The position numbers were made by a program, and so were the translations under genes. From Escherichia phage phiP4: a DNA stretch of 64,000 bases. This document shows, one piece after another, positions 35,135 through 44,591 of this stretch (positions within the stretch are counted from its first letter, which is position 1; each line of letters begins with the position of its first letter). The stretch is from the sequence record PP993145.1; one strand, written 5' to 3'. The notes below the pieces were generated by a model. It was not told the DNA's origin and made no database searches. It saw only the letters and a list, made by a program, of their open reading frames with translations.

Positions 35135-37009
35135 ATGAATCGCAATGAAGAACTAAAGTATAAAGAAATGCAGGCGTTAATTAGAAACTGCAAAGAGATT
35201 ATCGAAGGGTCAGCAGATGAAGAGCTGCTGTTTAATAATGCTAATAAACCCTCAGAACGTTTCCCTACACAAAGGGATATGCTTGCAGGTGAGTTGAGTA
35301 AGTATCTGATTCTAGAAGAAATGCCAATTCAGATTCGAAATGCTCATATGATTGGGGATATTCATTTCCATGATGCTGATTATGCTGCATTAGGCATGAC
35401 TAACTGTTGCCTGGTAGCTCTGGAAGATATGTTAAAGAATGGTATGAAGGTTGGTAATGCTGAAATTAGCACTCCAAACTCTATCACTACTGCGGCGGCT
35501 ATCACTGCTCAGATTATCACTCAAGTTAGCTCCCATCAGTATGGTGGTACTTCTGTAGATCGCCTTGATGAAGTATTAGCCCCTTATGTTCGTAAATCCT
35601 ATGACAAAAATCATGCGTTTGCAAAACGTTGGACTAAGGATGAAGCCAAAGCATCTGTAATGGCTACGGAGATGACTGAAAAAGAAGTCTATGACGCTTG
35701 TCAGGGTTTAGAATATGAAATCAATACCATGTTTAACTCTAATGGTCAGAGTCCATTTATTACCTTTGGTTTTGGTCTAGGAACTTCCTGGGAAGCACGT
35801 CTAGTACAGAAAGCAATACTGAAAGTACGCATGGATGGTTTAGGTATCAATAAACGTACAGCTATCTTCCCAAAACTGGTATTTGTACTTCGTGATGGCG
35901 TAAATATGAAACCAGGAGATGTTAATTATGACATCAAGAAGTTAGCTATGAAATGTACTGCTGAACGTATGTATCCAGATTATATCAGCTATGACAAAGT
36001 TGTAGAAGTTACTGGAGACTACAAAGTTTCTATGGGCTGCCGTTCATTCCTAGCTGCTACAGAAGATGGTGAAACTGCCGGTCGTAATAACTTAGGTGTT
36101 GTTTCTGTAAACTTGCCTAGAATTGCTATCGAAGCTGAAGGAAATATTGACCTATTCTTTGATTTGCTTGAGCTACGTGTGGATACAGCATTAAAAGCGT
36201 TGGAGTGGAGAGTTGATCGCTTAAAATATATCCAAGCTAAAGCTGCACCCATCCTCTATATGTCAGGAGCTTTTGGGTTACGCTTGGAGCCTGATGAATA
36301 TGTATTCGATCATTTCTATAACCGTGCTTCTGTATCCCTAGGGTATATTGGTTGCCATGAAATGCTACAGTTCATGTTTGGCAAAGATGTAGACACAATG
36401 TCCGAGACCTGCATCAAGTTTGTTCAGCGTGTATTGCAGTACATGCGAGATAGGGTAGATCAGAAGAAGGAAGAAACTAAGTTAGGTTATAGCCTATATG
36501 CTACACCATCGGAATCCCTATGCGATCGTTTTTGTCGTCTAGACCGTGAGTATTTCCCGGAGCATGAAGATATTCTGTCCAAAGGATACTACACTAACTC
36601 GCACCACCTTGATGTAGAACGTAAAGTTGCTCCTAACGTCAAATTTGATTATGAATCTAACTTTACTCCGATTGCTTCTGGTGGGTGCATTTCCTATGTA
36701 GAACTACCAGATATGAAACGATTCCCAGATGCACTGGAATGGGTTATTAATTATGCCGCTAGTAAAGTTCATTACTTCGGTATCAATACTCCAGTGGATT
36801 CTTGTGGTAAATGTGGATTCTTAGGTGAAACAATAGCATCCGAGGATGGATTTAAGTGCCCTATCTGTGGTAATCATGACCCCGAAACTCTTGAAGTAAC
36901 TCGTCGAGTTTGTGGGTATCTTGGAAATCCGGGTGCTCGTCCCTTTAACCCCGGCAAACAGCACGAGGTGATGGGCAGAGTGAAACATCAGGATATTCGA
37001 GCTAAATAA
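35135..37009 (+). CDS. nrdD: anaerobic ribonucleotide reductase class III
   Basis: 624 aa; C-terminal glycyl radical motif RVCGYLG and Cys-rich Zn site. Confidence 0.9.
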   Translation: MNRNEELKYKEMQALIRNCKEIIEGSADEELLFNNANKPSERFPTQRDMLAGELSKYLILEEMPIQIRNAHMIGDIHFHDADYAALGMTNCCLVALEDMLKNGMKVGNAEISTPNSITTAAAITAQIITQVSSHQYGGTSVDRLDEVLAPYVRKSYDKNHAFAKRWTKDEAKASVMATEMTEKEVYDACQGLEYEINTMFNSNGQSPFITFGFGLGTSWEARLVQKAILKVRMDGLGINKRTAIFPKLVFVLRDGVNMKPGDVNYDIKKLAMKCTAERMYPDYISYDKVVEVTGDYKVSMGCRSFLAATEDGETAGRNNLGVVSVNLPRIAIEAEGNIDLFFDLLELRVDTALKALEWRVDRLKYIQAKAAPILYMSGAFGLRLEPDEYVFDHFYNRASVSLGYIGCHEMLQFMFGKDVDTMSETCIKFVQRVLQYMRDRVDQKKEETKLGYSLYATPSESLCDRFCRLDREYFPEHEDILSKGYYTNSHHLDVERKVAPNVKFDYESNFTPIASGGCISYVELPDMKRFPDALEWVINYAASKVHYFGINTPVDSCGKCGFLGETIASEDGFKCPICGNHDPETLEVTRRVCGYLGNPGARPFNPGKQHEVMGRVKHQDIRAK

Positions 37010-37016
37010 GCTAATC

Positions 37017-37050
37017 AGCCGGGTTGCTAGTCGACCTGGCTTTTATTTTA
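37017..37050 (+). terminator. rho-independent terminator
   Basis: Hairpin after nrdD stop followed by TTTTATTTTATTT. Confidence 0.5.
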
Positions 37051-37088
37051 TTTGCTTTCAGCCAAAAATTTATATATAATAGATTTAT
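37045..37088 (+). promoter_or_regulatory. T5-type early promoter
   Basis: TTGCTT (37052-37057), 17-bp spacer, TATAAT (37075-37080), A/T-rich upstream. Confidence 0.55.
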
Positions 37089-37108
37089 AAATTTGATGAG
37101 AGAAAGAT

Positions 37109-37321
37109 ATGAGAGTTCACAAGGTAGATAAAGAACGTATCTATTTTATTATGGATTCTGGGGCGTATGGTTCCATTCTCCGTGGGGATATAACTAAATT
37201 ATGTTTAGTAAATACTTGGATGAACGAAGGGAAGATTGATCCTAGGGTGGGATTGTGCTTATCCGAACCCGCCCTTTCTATTGCTAATGCAGAAATTGAA
37301 ATGTTTGAGGAACAAGAATGA
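37109..37321 (+). CDS. hypothetical protein
   Basis: 70-aa ORF with RBS. Confidence 0.4.
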   Translation: MRVHKVDKERIYFIMDSGAYGSILRGDITKLCLVNTWMNEGKIDPRVGLCLSEPALSIANAEIEMFEEQE

Positions 37322-37521
37322 AAAACGTAAAACATCTTAAATATCGCTTAATTTACAACGGACGTATGGAAACAGAAGATCTGGCCCAGTTAGCTATTAA
37401 TTCTAATGAGGTTACAGTGCGTGCGCTGGCAATTGAAAAGTTGCGTGCCTCTTATGAAAATCGTGTTATGGAACTAGAGGAGAAACTTTATGGCATTCTC
37501 GAAGCTGATGCTACCAGATAA
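37318..37521 (+). CDS. hypothetical protein
   Basis: 67-aa ORF, ATGA overlap. Confidence 0.4.
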   Translation: MKNVKHLKYRLIYNGRMETEDLAQLAINSNEVTVRALAIEKLRASYENRVMELEEKLYGILEADATR

Positions 37522-37711
37522 GGGTTTAAACGACGCTTTGGAAAACGCATTAATGCAGCAGTGGGAAACTGGCTATAAGGATGGTGTTGAATCCTGTGCT
37601 ACTATGCTAGAAGTTATTGCTAATACCTTAATGGAGAAAGGCAATAAAGAATTAGCTGAGCTATTAGACAGTATTGGGCAAAACTTCAGAGAACAGGTGA
37701 AAAATGCGTAG
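37490..37711 (+). CDS. hypothetical protein
   Basis: 73-aa ORF. Confidence 0.4.
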   Translation: MAFSKLMLPDKGLNDALENALMQQWETGYKDGVESCATMLEVIANTLMEKGNKELAELLDSIGQNFREQVKNA

Positions 37712-38519
37712 ATTAATTATTATTAGTGGTGCAGGTTTGAGTGTTGAAAGTGGTGTACGAGCTTTTCGTACTGATACTGCTAGTGGTAAAGCATTGTGGG
37801 ATGATTATGATCTAGAAGAGGTATGTAATATTCATGCCTTTCGTGGTAATTTTTATCATAAAACCCATATGTTTTACAACAAGCGTCGTGAAGAGCTAAA
37901 AACTGTTGAACCCAATCTTGCGCATTTGCGTATTGGTGAATGGTATAAACAATATCCAGGCCAAGTAGTAAACTTGACTACCAACGTTGATGACCTTATT
38001 GAGCGTGCTGGCGTTCCACATAGTGACATTCTGCACATTCACGGATATTTAAAAGAGGTTGTTGTAGCTGATAGCTACAATAGTAGCAATAAACGGATTA
38101 TTGATGTAGGGTACAATTCTATTGATCCAGACGATTATAAATGGGTTAAACCTAATGTAATCTTTTTTGGGGAGCATGCTCCAGCGTACGCAGAAATGTA
38201 CAATGTTTTTGATGGTATTACCAGTCAAGATATGATCGTTGTGGTTGGTTGCTCTAACCAAGTAATTAACTTCTACTGGGAATTATTTCCTGTTCTTAAT
38301 TTGACTGCTGCCAAGCTAATGGTTGTTAACTACTATGATAGTGCCCTAGCGGCGGAACCGAGCTATCAAGGTATGACTCGTAGTGAGATGTACCAGCTGG
38401 AAGAACGCGGTATCCCTTACTGGAGTAAAGGTGCGGTAGATGCTTTCAGTGATCCTGATTTTATTGCTCGTGTAGAAGCTCATTTAGAGGGTAGACCTTA
38501 TGTGTCAGGAAATAAGTAA
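37704..38519 (+). CDS. Sir2-family (sirtuin-like) NAD-dependent protein
   Basis: 271 aa; N-terminal GAGLSVESGVRAFR matches the sirtuin NAD-binding signature; HIHGYL catalytic-His context. Confidence 0.6.
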   Translation: MRRLIIISGAGLSVESGVRAFRTDTASGKALWDDYDLEEVCNIHAFRGNFYHKTHMFYNKRREELKTVEPNLAHLRIGEWYKQYPGQVVNLTTNVDDLIERAGVPHSDILHIHGYLKEVVVADSYNSSNKRIIDVGYNSIDPDDYKWVKPNVIFFGEHAPAYAEMYNVFDGITSQDMIVVVGCSNQVINFYWELFPVLNLTAAKLMVVNYYDSALAAEPSYQGMTRSEMYQLEERGIPYWSKGAVDAFSDPDFIARVEAHLEGRPYVSGNK

Positions 38520-39012
38520 TACTCCAATTATTTTTCTAGACATTGATGGGGTGCTCAATTCGAGCATCTCCCAATATCATGCGCCTGATGATGAAAAGAT
38601 TTTCTTTGGAAGTGATTGGGTTTTCAAACCGCTTCTCAAGGCTTTTCAGGACTTTATTCGTCCTTCTCCAATAATGATTGTTGGAGTATCATCTTGGTTC
38701 TCTGTCAGAAATGAGATGGAGAACGTTCAGATTATGACCGGATTAGGTCTTATCGATCGTTTTCTTGGTACAACGGATTTTACTGGGGGTGGATTATCTA
38801 GGGGTAATTCTGTTCTTCGCTTCGTTGAAAAGCATAAGCTCAAACATTGGTGTGTGCTTGATGATGCGGGTGCTATGATGTATCAGTATCCAACGGTTAT
38901 AGTCAACGGTAGGACTGGAATAAATCTTCAAGATTTAAGAGCTGTTAGCTATATGTTAGAATTTAGTCCGGATCTTGAAATGTGTAAATCCTTACAACAA
39001 TTTAAGGTGTAA
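38500..39012 (+). CDS. HAD-superfamily phosphatase-like protein
   Basis: 170 aa; N-terminal FLDIDGVLN resembles HAD motif I. Confidence 0.4.
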   Translation: MCQEISNTPIIFLDIDGVLNSSISQYHAPDDEKIFFGSDWVFKPLLKAFQDFIRPSPIMIVGVSSWFSVRNEMENVQIMTGLGLIDRFLGTTDFTGGGLSRGNSVLRFVEKHKLKHWCVLDDAGAMMYQYPTVIVNGRTGINLQDLRAVSYMLEFSPDLEMCKSLQQFKV

Positions 39013-39014
39013 AT

Positions 39015-39443
39015 ATGTTCAACAATGTATTCTCTAAAGAAGCTAACCCAATTTTGGTTAACTTTTGGCGTACTCTCCCAGCTAGCCTGTATAATGAGAC
39101 TATTAACTCTTTGAAAATATGGTGTGAGAATAACGAAATCTCCTTTGCTTTTAAAGATGATATTGATGAGGCTCCCTGTATTGGTTTAATTGTTCAGGTA
39201 GAGGAGGGTCTTGAAGAGATTGTCGGCTGGAAAGAGTTAGATGAAATGGGCTTAGTTTTTGCATTAAACTATAAGCTGTTTATGCCTGCTAAGCATCGCC
39301 TCGTTGTTAACTATAAAACTAGTGAATCTCCTGGTTTTCAGGTTAATGAACGTTATGGTTGGTCTTACTCACCGGAAGAAGTAAATGAGGGGATTCAGAA
39401 ACTTCGACGTTTCGGGTATATGATCCCAGGTTTAACTGCTTAA
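39015..39443 (+). CDS. hypothetical protein (paralog 1 of tandem pair)
   Basis: 142 aa; shares W..L.EMGL.FALN..LF.P and C-terminal G(Y/I)..PGL with the next ORF. Confidence 0.5.
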   Translation: MFNNVFSKEANPILVNFWRTLPASLYNETINSLKIWCENNEISFAFKDDIDEAPCIGLIVQVEEGLEEIVGWKELDEMGLVFALNYKLFMPAKHRLVVNYKTSESPGFQVNERYGWSYSPEEVNEGIQKLRRFGYMIPGLTA

Positions 39444-39452
39444 GGAGGCAGA

Positions 39453-39845
39453 ATGGAACAAGTATATTGGCGTCAGATTGATCCTAGTTTGGTGAAACGT
39501 GCGGAGAAGCTGCTACAACGTTGGTTGGGGGTAAGACAAGCCTCCTTCACTTTTCCGGAGCAGCAAATAGATGATCCCTGTGTTGGTGTTTTCCTATCCG
39601 GCTACGCGGGGGGATGGGAGTTGGATTGGAATGAATTGTCTGCTATGGGCTTGATTGTTGCCCTAAACTTCTCTTTGTTCCATCCACGTGGTTTGGCCAT
39701 ATGTCGTGTGCCGGATGATGGTTGTTCGCCATATCTTTTACAGGTGGAAGATGATATTTGGGAGTACACTCCAGATATTCTCGCAGAAGCTAAAGAACAA
39801 TTAAATCGTGTTGGGATTTATGTTCCGGGCCTAAATGATGAATGA
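39453..39845 (+). CDS. hypothetical protein (paralog 2 of tandem pair)
   Basis: 130 aa; same conserved blocks as 39015..39443. Confidence 0.5.
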   Translation: MEQVYWRQIDPSLVKRAEKLLQRWLGVRQASFTFPEQQIDDPCVGVFLSGYAGGWELDWNELSAMGLIVALNFSLFHPRGLAICRVPDDGCSPYLLQVEDDIWEYTPDILAEAKEQLNRVGIYVPGLNDE

Positions 39846-39875
39846 TTTTTATTAGCTCAACTCTGATTACCGAGT

Positions 39876-39906
39876 CATTTTGGCTCGGTTTTATCCGTAC
39901 TCAAGA
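39876..39906 (+). terminator. rho-independent terminator
   Basis: Hairpin accgag-tcattttgg-ctcggt followed by TTTTAT. Confidence 0.5.
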
Positions 39907-39929
39907 CCAATGATAGCACCATCCGGAAA

Positions 39930-39972
39930 ATTTTACTTGCAGGATGCCCAAAATCTTGATATAATATTTATA
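39930..39972 (+). promoter_or_regulatory. early promoter
   Basis: TTGCAG (39937-39942), 17-bp spacer, TATAAT (39960-39965). Confidence 0.5.
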
Positions 39973-39974
39973 TT

Positions 39975-40464
39975 GAATTGAGAGACATTAGTAAAAATTG
40001 ATTTTGCTAATTTTTCTTGTTTACAATCCGCGATACGGAACAGTTAGGCTGCCCCATTAAGGGTTGTTTTAACTGTTACGTGTTAGTTTTTAAACAAATA
40101 GTTAATAGAATACTTAGCGATCTACATCCCGTAGGAACCCTGGTAAGGCCTCGAAGCAACCTAGTGTGAGGTGGTTGTGAAGTGAGACGGGAGGAGTGAA
40201 AAACTCCGAGAAGTGATGACGTAAGGTATACTGCATCTAGTATGAGCTAGTACATGAAGCATTAGGTGAGCAAATCTGGCTTAGCGGCCATCCTCAAGGA
40301 TTTGTGCGGTATAGTGAAGCGGCAGTGTAGCGTGAAAGTGGAAGTTGCCACCCCACTTCAGTATTTGCAATTAATTTGTTGAGAAATTGACAGTAACAGT
40401 TGTTCTATTCTTTCTGAATAGTCCTAAAGAAAACTTATTTCATTTCCAACACAGGAGTATTGTT
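39975..40464 (+). other. long ORF-free leader with repeated GTGAAG-like motifs (candidate origin/iteron array or structured 5' UTR)
   Basis: About 490 nt without an ORF of 60 aa or more on either strand; purine-rich, GC-richer than surroundings; repeated (A)GTGAAG / GTGAAA units. Confidence 0.4.
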
Positions 40465-43254
40465 GTGTTCTCAATCCTACAAGGTCATGCAGGATTTCAT
40501 CGCGACTTAGCCACAGGCATTTGGCGAGAAGTTAAAGCAGAAGACTATCTTTTTGCTAAAAGATTTTCCTCAAAGCATCCTGAAGGTAAACCAGCTTCAA
40601 TGCCCTTCAAGTTTGATGTAATTGATGAAGTTGATCCTCAAACCCTAGTAGAAATGCTCCCTCTTATGAGACGTTTAACGTCTGACCCTCATATCGTTGC
40701 GGTACGAGGTCGATGTCTTGCACCTAAAAATAATGTGCGACGTAAGAAGGGCAACTTTAATGTATCTAATCCAAGTCATATAATTGCAATGGATGTGGAT
40801 GGTATTGTAGATACAGGTGGTTGTAACAAGTTTGATCTTGTTGGCATGGCTCGACATATTATTAGAATGTTAAATAGTATTAGTGAGGATATGTTTCCTC
40901 TTGATGCAGGGTTTATCGCTCATGCATCGTCTTCGGCTGGGCTAAAACCAGGTATCCGAATGCACTTAATACTAGAATCTAATGTTAAGGTAACTCAGGG
41001 TCAAATCAAGTTCTTATTTACATCTATCAACGAAAGTAGTAGACAAAAGTATGGCTTTGATATTGCCGACTTAGCTTATTACTCTTCCGTACAGCTCCAT
41101 TATTTCGCAGATCCGTTATTTACTGATGGTATAGTAGATCCGTTTAAAGCGGAGGGTGCTTCACGTCTGGTATTTGTTAAGGGTTCTAAAGTAAATTTAC
41201 CAAATAATCTGGTTGACTATGAAACAACTAGAGGTGAGTTTAAGGAGGAGTTTTACTCTTTACTCGATCAAATTAAAGGTAAAAAAGCTGCCTCTGATAA
41301 AGTAGAGGAAACTATCAGCGAACTAGAAGAAGCTGAGGATGGAGTGTATCTACGTATCATACCTAAACTCTATCACAGAGCTTTAGAGGATGGTGTTGAT
41401 TTTGCATGGCTAGAAAAAGAAATCCGTCCAGCCTTATCAGAATATATTGCAACTAAAGATAATAGTCGTAATATTCAAGATTACTTTAATAATGGTCGTA
41501 AACAGGCTCTGAAGGCGTTTGTTAATAATTCTAAACGCGATATACCTGATGTTTTAAAAGGTATTCCACTTAAAAAGCTAGAAACTAATTCTCTAGAAAC
41601 TGATAACTTCTTGAAATTAAATACTGTACCACCAGAAGGTTATATGACTTTTGTAAAAGCAAGTCTAGGTACAGGTAAAACTACGGCGGTTGTGCGTTGG
41701 TTAGATTCAGGAGTTATTAAAGGTAATTTCTTAGCAATTACCAACACTCGAGCACTGGTATCTTCAAATGCTAAGAAATTTAGTGCAGGACAATATGATA
41801 AGTCTGTAGATATGCTTAATTTTAAGCGTGGCGCTATTGACCGTATGTCCACAACTATTCACTCTTTGCATAAGTTCAAGAGTTTTATTGGTCAAATTGA
41901 TGCAATCTTTATCGATGAATGTGATGCTGTAATGAATGACCTATTATTCGCCCCGGTTGTTAAACAACGTCGTGAATGTATTCAGGTTCTTCGGGATATT
42001 CTTGCAACTGCAAAAATTATTATATTATCTGATGGGGATATTAGTGCAGAAACAATTGAAGCATATGGTTCTTTGATTGAGTTCGATAAACCGGTTGCAT
42101 TTTATAATCATCACCGTAAAATGCTATCAAAAGCTCATGCTTATGAGTTCCCGGATGAATCCAGTATTTGGGTTGCACTTCAGACTTCTCTAGAAATGGG
42201 TGAGAAATCTATTCTGGTATCTGATTGTGGTCCTGATGAACTGAATGAGAAGGGTATGGCACTGCGTCGTAATACGGGTGCATTAGTTAAGGAAATCCAC
42301 TCAAACTCTACGTCTGATGTAGATATTCGACGTATTCTGGATTACACAACTAATGAGCTAATTGACCAACAAATTGATTGCTTATTATGTAGTCCATCCG
42401 TAACGAGTGGTGTTGACTTCAACTACTTTGATAACGTATTCGTTATTACTAGAACTAGTAATCAAGCGCCAAACATGCGTTTCCAAGCAATCAGGCGCGA
42501 CCGTGGCGCTCAGAACATTTATTATTTTATTGATAAATCTACTAGTGGATTCTCTGCAGGTTCTGAACAATATAACATTGATGAAGGTTGGCTGGAGTTA
42601 GCACAGCAATTATACGCACGTCGTAGGGAGCTGGAGTCTAGGAACTATACTAGTACTTTACGTTATTACTTGCTTGATCAGGGTGCAACTATTGATATTT
42701 TCAGTGAAAGCTGGGGAACTATCGAAGGTGCAGGAAAAGAGTATACGGAAGAGCGAATCAAAGCTATTTTGTATTCAACTCCTGATTATTGTGCTCCACG
42801 CCATGCAGATGCGTATGAAGCTAAACTACTTCTTGTTCGCTATTATCATCTTGAGTCTATTAAAGATGTAACAGTTGAGCACGTTGAACAATATATCAAG
42901 GATAAACCGAATGATCGAGCGGCATTCTTCCATAAAATGCACGAGATGTTCTGGGAAGATATTAAGAAGTGTTCAAATGTCACTATCAAACCATTCATAG
43001 AAGCTCTGAAAGGTAAGAAGAAAGATTTCTTCCTTAAAACAGGCCAGAGTGCTAACCCAAAATATGCAAGAATGTATCTTGGTATGATGGGTATTGGTAA
43101 GGATATGAACACGGAGAATATTGTAGACTGGTACAGAACCTATTGTAAAATCGAGTGTATGCCAATCCCGTATAAGTTTATGACTGATGAGGAGAAACAT
43201 ATGCATGATGAAGCAATGGCAGAGCTAGGTGCTAGAAATGACAGTGAAGAATAA
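40465..43254 (+). CDS. putative replication origin-binding helicase with N-terminal primase-polymerase-like region
   Basis: GTG start after AGGAG (in frame with the 40387 ORF); Walker A SLGTGKTT, Walker B IFIDECD; N-terminal IIAMDVDG and SSAGLKPGIRMHLIL resemble AEP prim-pol motifs I/II. Confidence 0.55.
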   Translation: MFSILQGHAGFHRDLATGIWREVKAEDYLFAKRFSSKHPEGKPASMPFKFDVIDEVDPQTLVEMLPLMRRLTSDPHIVAVRGRCLAPKNNVRRKKGNFNVSNPSHIIAMDVDGIVDTGGCNKFDLVGMARHIIRMLNSISEDMFPLDAGFIAHASSSAGLKPGIRMHLILESNVKVTQGQIKFLFTSINESSRQKYGFDIADLAYYSSVQLHYFADPLFTDGIVDPFKAEGASRLVFVKGSKVNLPNNLVDYETTRGEFKEEFYSLLDQIKGKKAASDKVEETISELEEAEDGVYLRIIPKLYHRALEDGVDFAWLEKEIRPALSEYIATKDNSRNIQDYFNNGRKQALKAFVNNSKRDIPDVLKGIPLKKLETNSLETDNFLKLNTVPPEGYMTFVKASLGTGKTTAVVRWLDSGVIKGNFLAITNTRALVSSNAKKFSAGQYDKSVDMLNFKRGAIDRMSTTIHSLHKFKSFIGQIDAIFIDECDAVMNDLLFAPVVKQRRECIQVLRDILATAKIIILSDGDISAETIEAYGSLIEFDKPVAFYNHHRKMLSKAHAYEFPDESSIWVALQTSLEMGEKSILVSDCGPDELNEKGMALRRNTGALVKEIHSNSTSDVDIRRILDYTTNELIDQQIDCLLCSPSVTSGVDFNYFDNVFVITRTSNQAPNMRFQAIRRDRGAQNIYYFIDKSTSGFSAGSEQYNIDEGWLELAQQLYARRRELESRNYTSTLRYYLLDQGATIDIFSESWGTIEGAGKEYTEERIKAILYSTPDYCAPRHADAYEAKLLLVRYYHLESIKDVTVEHVEQYIKDKPNDRAAFFHKMHEMFWEDIKKCSNVTIKPFIEALKGKKKDFFLKTGQSANPKYARMYLGMMGIGKDMNTENIVDWYRTYCKIECMPIPYKFMTDEEKHMHDEAMAELGARNDSEE

Positions 43255-43471
43255 AAAATGGGAAACAAGGAAGTTCCCAGTAAAAGAGCGTAAAGTTCCT
43301 GTTTACGACACTTCGGAAAAGCTATGTAGGGTGGTACCACATAGATTAGCTGGCATCCCTAACATATCCGAGTGGTTACTTAAACAACGGAAAACAAACG
43401 TGTCTCTTCGCATCGGCTTTGAGTTAGATAAAGTCTATGCTGAACTTGCTTCTTTGCTCAAGGAATCGTAA
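43229..43471 (+). CDS. hypothetical protein
   Basis: 80-aa ORF overlapping the 3' end of the preceding gene. Confidence 0.3.
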   Translation: MLEMTVKNKKWETRKFPVKERKVPVYDTSEKLCRVVPHRLAGIPNISEWLLKQRKTNVSLRIGFELDKVYAELASLLKES

Positions 43472-43516
43472 AAATTTATTTGCTTTCAGGAAAATTTTTC
43501 TGTATAATAGATTCAT
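43470..43516 (+). promoter_or_regulatory. PN25-like strong early promoter
   Basis: AAAAATTTATTTGCTTTCAGGAAAATTTTTCTGTATAATAGATTCATAAATTTGAGAGAGGAG matches the T5 PN25 promoter as I recall it; TTGCTT 43480-43485, TATAAT 43503-43508. Confidence 0.8.
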
Positions 43517-43539
43517 AAATTTGAGAGAGGAGTTTAAAT

Positions 43540-44244
43540 ATGGCTGGTTCTCGTAGAAAGAAACACATTCATGAAATCCCGGATGAGGTCTTTAAAAAGG
43601 TTATAGAGCATCTGGAGAACGGGGGCACTAAGAAAGCAGCATGTGAAATGCTCGGCGTATCATCCAATCCAACTATGGAAAGGATGATTGAAGAATGGCA
43701 AGACCGCCAGATTCAAGTTGCCGAAATGAAGAAAAAGAAACGTGGCACACTTATTGAGGGCATCGAGTTAGCTAACGTTATTGAGCAGTATTTATCTGGT
43801 GATTCTTTCGAAGAAATTGCCGATCGTAATTACCGCTCTGTAGCAATGGTTAAATCTGTTCTGGAACGATATGGTGCTCTACTTCGTTTGAACGATATTG
43901 TAGATCCATTGAATCCCCCAATTATTCCTGATGATGCTGTAGCAGAAGAATTTGCAGTTGGTGAGCTTGTTTGGGTTCCTGGATACCAGTGTATCGGTGA
44001 AATCAAAAAAGCAATGGATAATCCTGTTGGTTGTTACCGTGTATGGCTTCTATCGGAAGGCAAACAACAGAACGTCCATTATATGAATTACGAGCTGGCC
44101 TCTGTTAAACATCTGGAAAAGCTAGGGGTTGACGTAAAGTCTCTGGGATATAAATGGACTCGTGAAGAAATTATTACGTTGATTAACGAAGCTGTTAAGG
44201 CTGCCCTGAAACTTGATAAAGAAAAAGGAAAACGCCGTGAGTAG
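43540..44244 (+). CDS. HTH DNA-binding protein
   Basis: 234 aa; N-terminal helix-turn-helix-like segment GGTKKAACEMLGVSSNPTMER; first gene downstream of the PN25-like promoter. Confidence 0.45.
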   Translation: MAGSRRKKHIHEIPDEVFKKVIEHLENGGTKKAACEMLGVSSNPTMERMIEEWQDRQIQVAEMKKKKRGTLIEGIELANVIEQYLSGDSFEEIADRNYRSVAMVKSVLERYGALLRLNDIVDPLNPPIIPDDAVAEEFAVGELVWVPGYQCIGEIKKAMDNPVGCYRVWLLSEGKQQNVHYMNYELASVKHLEKLGVDVKSLGYKWTREEIITLINEAVKAALKLDKEKGKRRE

Positions 44245-44488
44245 GCTAACTGATTTGCTTAAAGATGGGGAAGTAAAAACTCTCTATCGTAGAAGCTGGG
44301 ATAATGATAATAATGGCTTAGTATTACTAACTCTAGATGCTGACTCAGATGTAGTTACCCAACATACCTGGGTAGCTGGTAATTATCCCTATAGTGAGGT
44401 TGTTACGTTAACAGTATGCGAAGCTATTGCCGACGATTGGGAGGTTGCCAGCATCGATGATATGCTCGCTGTTGGCCTGGTGGAGTAA
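44213..44488 (+). CDS. hypothetical protein
   Basis: 91-aa ORF. Confidence 0.4.
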   Translation: MIKKKENAVSRLTDLLKDGEVKTLYRRSWDNDNNGLVLLTLDADSDVVTQHTWVAGNYPYSEVVTLTVCEAIADDWEVASIDDMLAVGLVE

Positions 44489-44499
44489 CTACAGAAAAA

Positions 44500-44542
44500 T
44501 TTCAGTTGCTTAATCCTATAATTCTTGATATAATATTCTCAT
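44500..44542 (+). promoter_or_regulatory. T5-type early promoter
   Basis: TTGCTT (44506-44511), 17-bp spacer, TATAAT (44529-44534). Confidence 0.55.
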
Positions 44543-44591
44543 AGTTTGAAAGAACTATTCTGTTTAATTCTTAATTAAGGAAATATAAAAT

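Noticed and set aside
28713-37009. T4-like (Straboviridae) identity suggested by the td-frd-nrdAB-nrdD block
   Set aside because: The replicative polymerase is family A, not family B; the endolysin is an M15 peptidase; the tRNA cluster is far larger than T4's; and the PN25-like promoter is present. All point to a T5-like phage.
37109-37711. NrdG (anaerobic RNR activase) immediately downstream of nrdD
   Set aside because: The three small ORFs after nrdD (70, 67, 73 aa) have no CxxxCxxC radical-SAM cysteine cluster and are too short; no activase is evident in this window.
40465-43254. Reverse transcriptase / retron interpretation of the structured leader plus large ORF
   Set aside because: The protein has Walker A/B ATPase motifs and no YxDD reverse-transcriptase motif; the leader looks iteron-like rather than msr/msd-like.
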